From Marinifilaceae bacterium (GTDB taxonomy: Bacteria > Bacteroidota > Bacteroidia > Bacteroidales > Marinifilaceae), in assembly GCA_016744515.1 (NCBI GenBank), contig JADGEF010000001.1, forward strand, positions 49,050-113,049: a stretch of DNA of 64,000 bases, given 5' to 3'. This document shows, in pieces, positions 62,695 through 64,000 of the stretch; within the stretch, counting starts at the first letter, position 1; every line of letters begins with the position of its first letter. Under the pieces are notes generated by a model. That model was not told where the DNA came from. It searched no databases and saw only the letters and a list, made by a program, of their open reading frames with translations. A program made the position numbers and the translations under genes.

Positions 62695-62963
62695 GGTTTT
62701 AAATCAGCATAGTTTTTTAGTTCTTTCCTTTAGCTTAAAAAGCTAATACAATCTTCTTTGATTCTGTGATCTCAATAAAAAAGATGCTCAAAGTCTTGAT
62801 GAGATAATGATGTCTGTAAAAAAACAATTTAGGATATGTTGTATTAAATAATGCTTATTTGACTTAAGACTCTGATATAATACTCTTAAGTGCGTTATAT
62901 TAGATGTGATACATAGCATGAAAAAAGATTGTTGTTTTTGTCTTGTATTTTTTAATAGATTGG

Positions 62964-62971
62964 TATTTTTG
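62964..62971 (+). promoter_or_regulatory. -7 promoter box of buk
   Basis: TATTTTTG, 38 bp before the ATG. Confidence 0.5.
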
Positions 62972-63009
62972 CACTCAAATACTAAACAAACAATAAACTA
63001 CTTTTTTTA

Positions 63010-64000
63010 ATGGAAAATCGCAGAATTCTAGCTATAAATCCGGGATCTACTTCTACAAAGATTGCCGTGTATCAAGGCGATAAATCAGTATTTCTAAAAA
63101 ACATTAAGCATTCTAACGAAGAGCTAGCTCAATTTAACAGCATTTCAGATCAATTTGAATTCCGTAAGGATATTATCCTAAAGGAATTGATTGATGCAGA
63201 AATTCTTATTGATCTAATTGAAGCTGTTGTTGGACGCGGCGGTTTGGTTAAGCCTATCGAGTCTGGAGTTTACTTGGTTGACGAGAAACTTAAAGCTGAT
63301 TTACGCATTGGAATCCTTGGAGAGCACGCAAGTAATCTTGGTGGACTGATTGCTGATAATATTGCACAGTCATTACCCAATGCAAAAGCATATATTGCTG
63401 ATCCAGTTGTTGTGGATGAAATGATCGATGTTGCTCGTGTTTCTGGTCATCCAGAATTTGAGCGTATGTCTATTTTTCATGCTTTGAATCAAAAAGCTGT
63501 AAGTCGATCATTTGCTTTATCGGTAGATAAAAATTACGAAGACTTAAATATTATTGTTGCTCACTTAGGAGGAGGTATCTCTGTTGGTGCTCACCTTAAA
63601 GGTCGTGTAATTGATGTGAACAATGCTTTAGATGGAGAAGGACCTTTCTCTCCTGAGCGTTCAGGAACTCTTCCTGCTGGTGCATTAGCTAAGCTTTGTT
63701 TTAGCGGTGATGTTACTTTGGATGATGTTAAAAAAATGATCAAAGGTGAAGGTGGATTAGTTGCTCATATGGGAACTAATGATGCTTACGAAATTGAGTT
63801 GAAAGCTAAAGCTGGCGATACAAAAGCTAAATTGATTCAAGATGCAATGGCTTACCAAATAGGTAAATCTATTGGTGCTTGTGCTGCTTCTTTAAAAGGT
63901 GAAGTTGATGGAATTATCTTAACGGGTGGTATTGCTCACAATGGTGATTTAGTGAGCTATGTTAAAGAAATGGTTTCATTTATTGCTCCAGTTGTTGTTT
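63010..64000 (+). CDS. buk: Butyrate kinase (runs off the window)
   Basis: Translated by hand: MENRRILAINPGSTSTKIAVY, VVGRGGL, EHASNLG, FHALNQKAV, VAHLGGGISVGAH, GPFSPERSG. Confidence 0.96.
   Translation, partial: MENRRILAINPGSTSTKIAVYQGDKSVFLKNIKHSNEELAQFNSISDQFEFRKDIILKELIDAEILIDLIEAVVGRGGLVKPIESGVYLVDEKLKADLRIGILGEHASNLGGLIADNIAQSLPNAKAYIADPVVVDEMIDVARVSGHPEFERMSIFHALNQKAVSRSFALSVDKNYEDLNIIVAHLGGGISVGAHLKGRVIDVNNALDGEGPFSPERSGTLPAGALAKLCFSGDVTLDDVKKMIKGEGGLVAHMGTNDAYEIELKAKAGDTKAKLIQDAMAYQIGKSIGACAASLKGEVDGIILTGGIAHNGDLVSYVKEMVSFIAPVVV

Overview
Low-GC Bacteroidota chromosome segment, most likely Marinifilaceae or a related marine lineage (inferred from gene content and TAnnTTTG promoters). 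1-27.3 kb is a polysaccharide utilisation locus: SusD (partial), SusC and a hybrid two-component regulator on the minus strand, then a GH31 with dockerin and cohesin, a GH95 and three GH2 enzymes on the plus strand. The enzyme set points to O-GalNAc/mucin-type glycans. The remainder is mostly housekeeping: RND efflux operon, beta-barrel OMP, PepC, TPR protein, RarA, an ABC exporter with three adaptors, PBP1A, a serine hydrolase and butyrate kinase (partial). The main non-routine signal is a family of seven related 160-215 bp non-coding elements (some truncated) at three loci (27.8-29.0, 42.4-46.5 and 54.3-56.5 kb). They have attC-like ends (AAC-N5-AGCGT ... ACACT-N5-GTT) and bracket accessory genes like integron cassettes: an atypical metallo-beta-lactamase fold, a thioredoxin-like protein, a DUF6261-like gene, a HigBA-type TA pair, a duplicated small-ORF block and a three-gene module. 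No integrase is present in the window. Also seen: a 42-bp tandem array of differing copy number upstream of two DUF6261-like copies, an IS200/IS605-type miniature element in the susC leader, a duplicated regulatory module within the PUL, and several IS and gene remnants. No CRISPR array, rRNA or tRNA was found.
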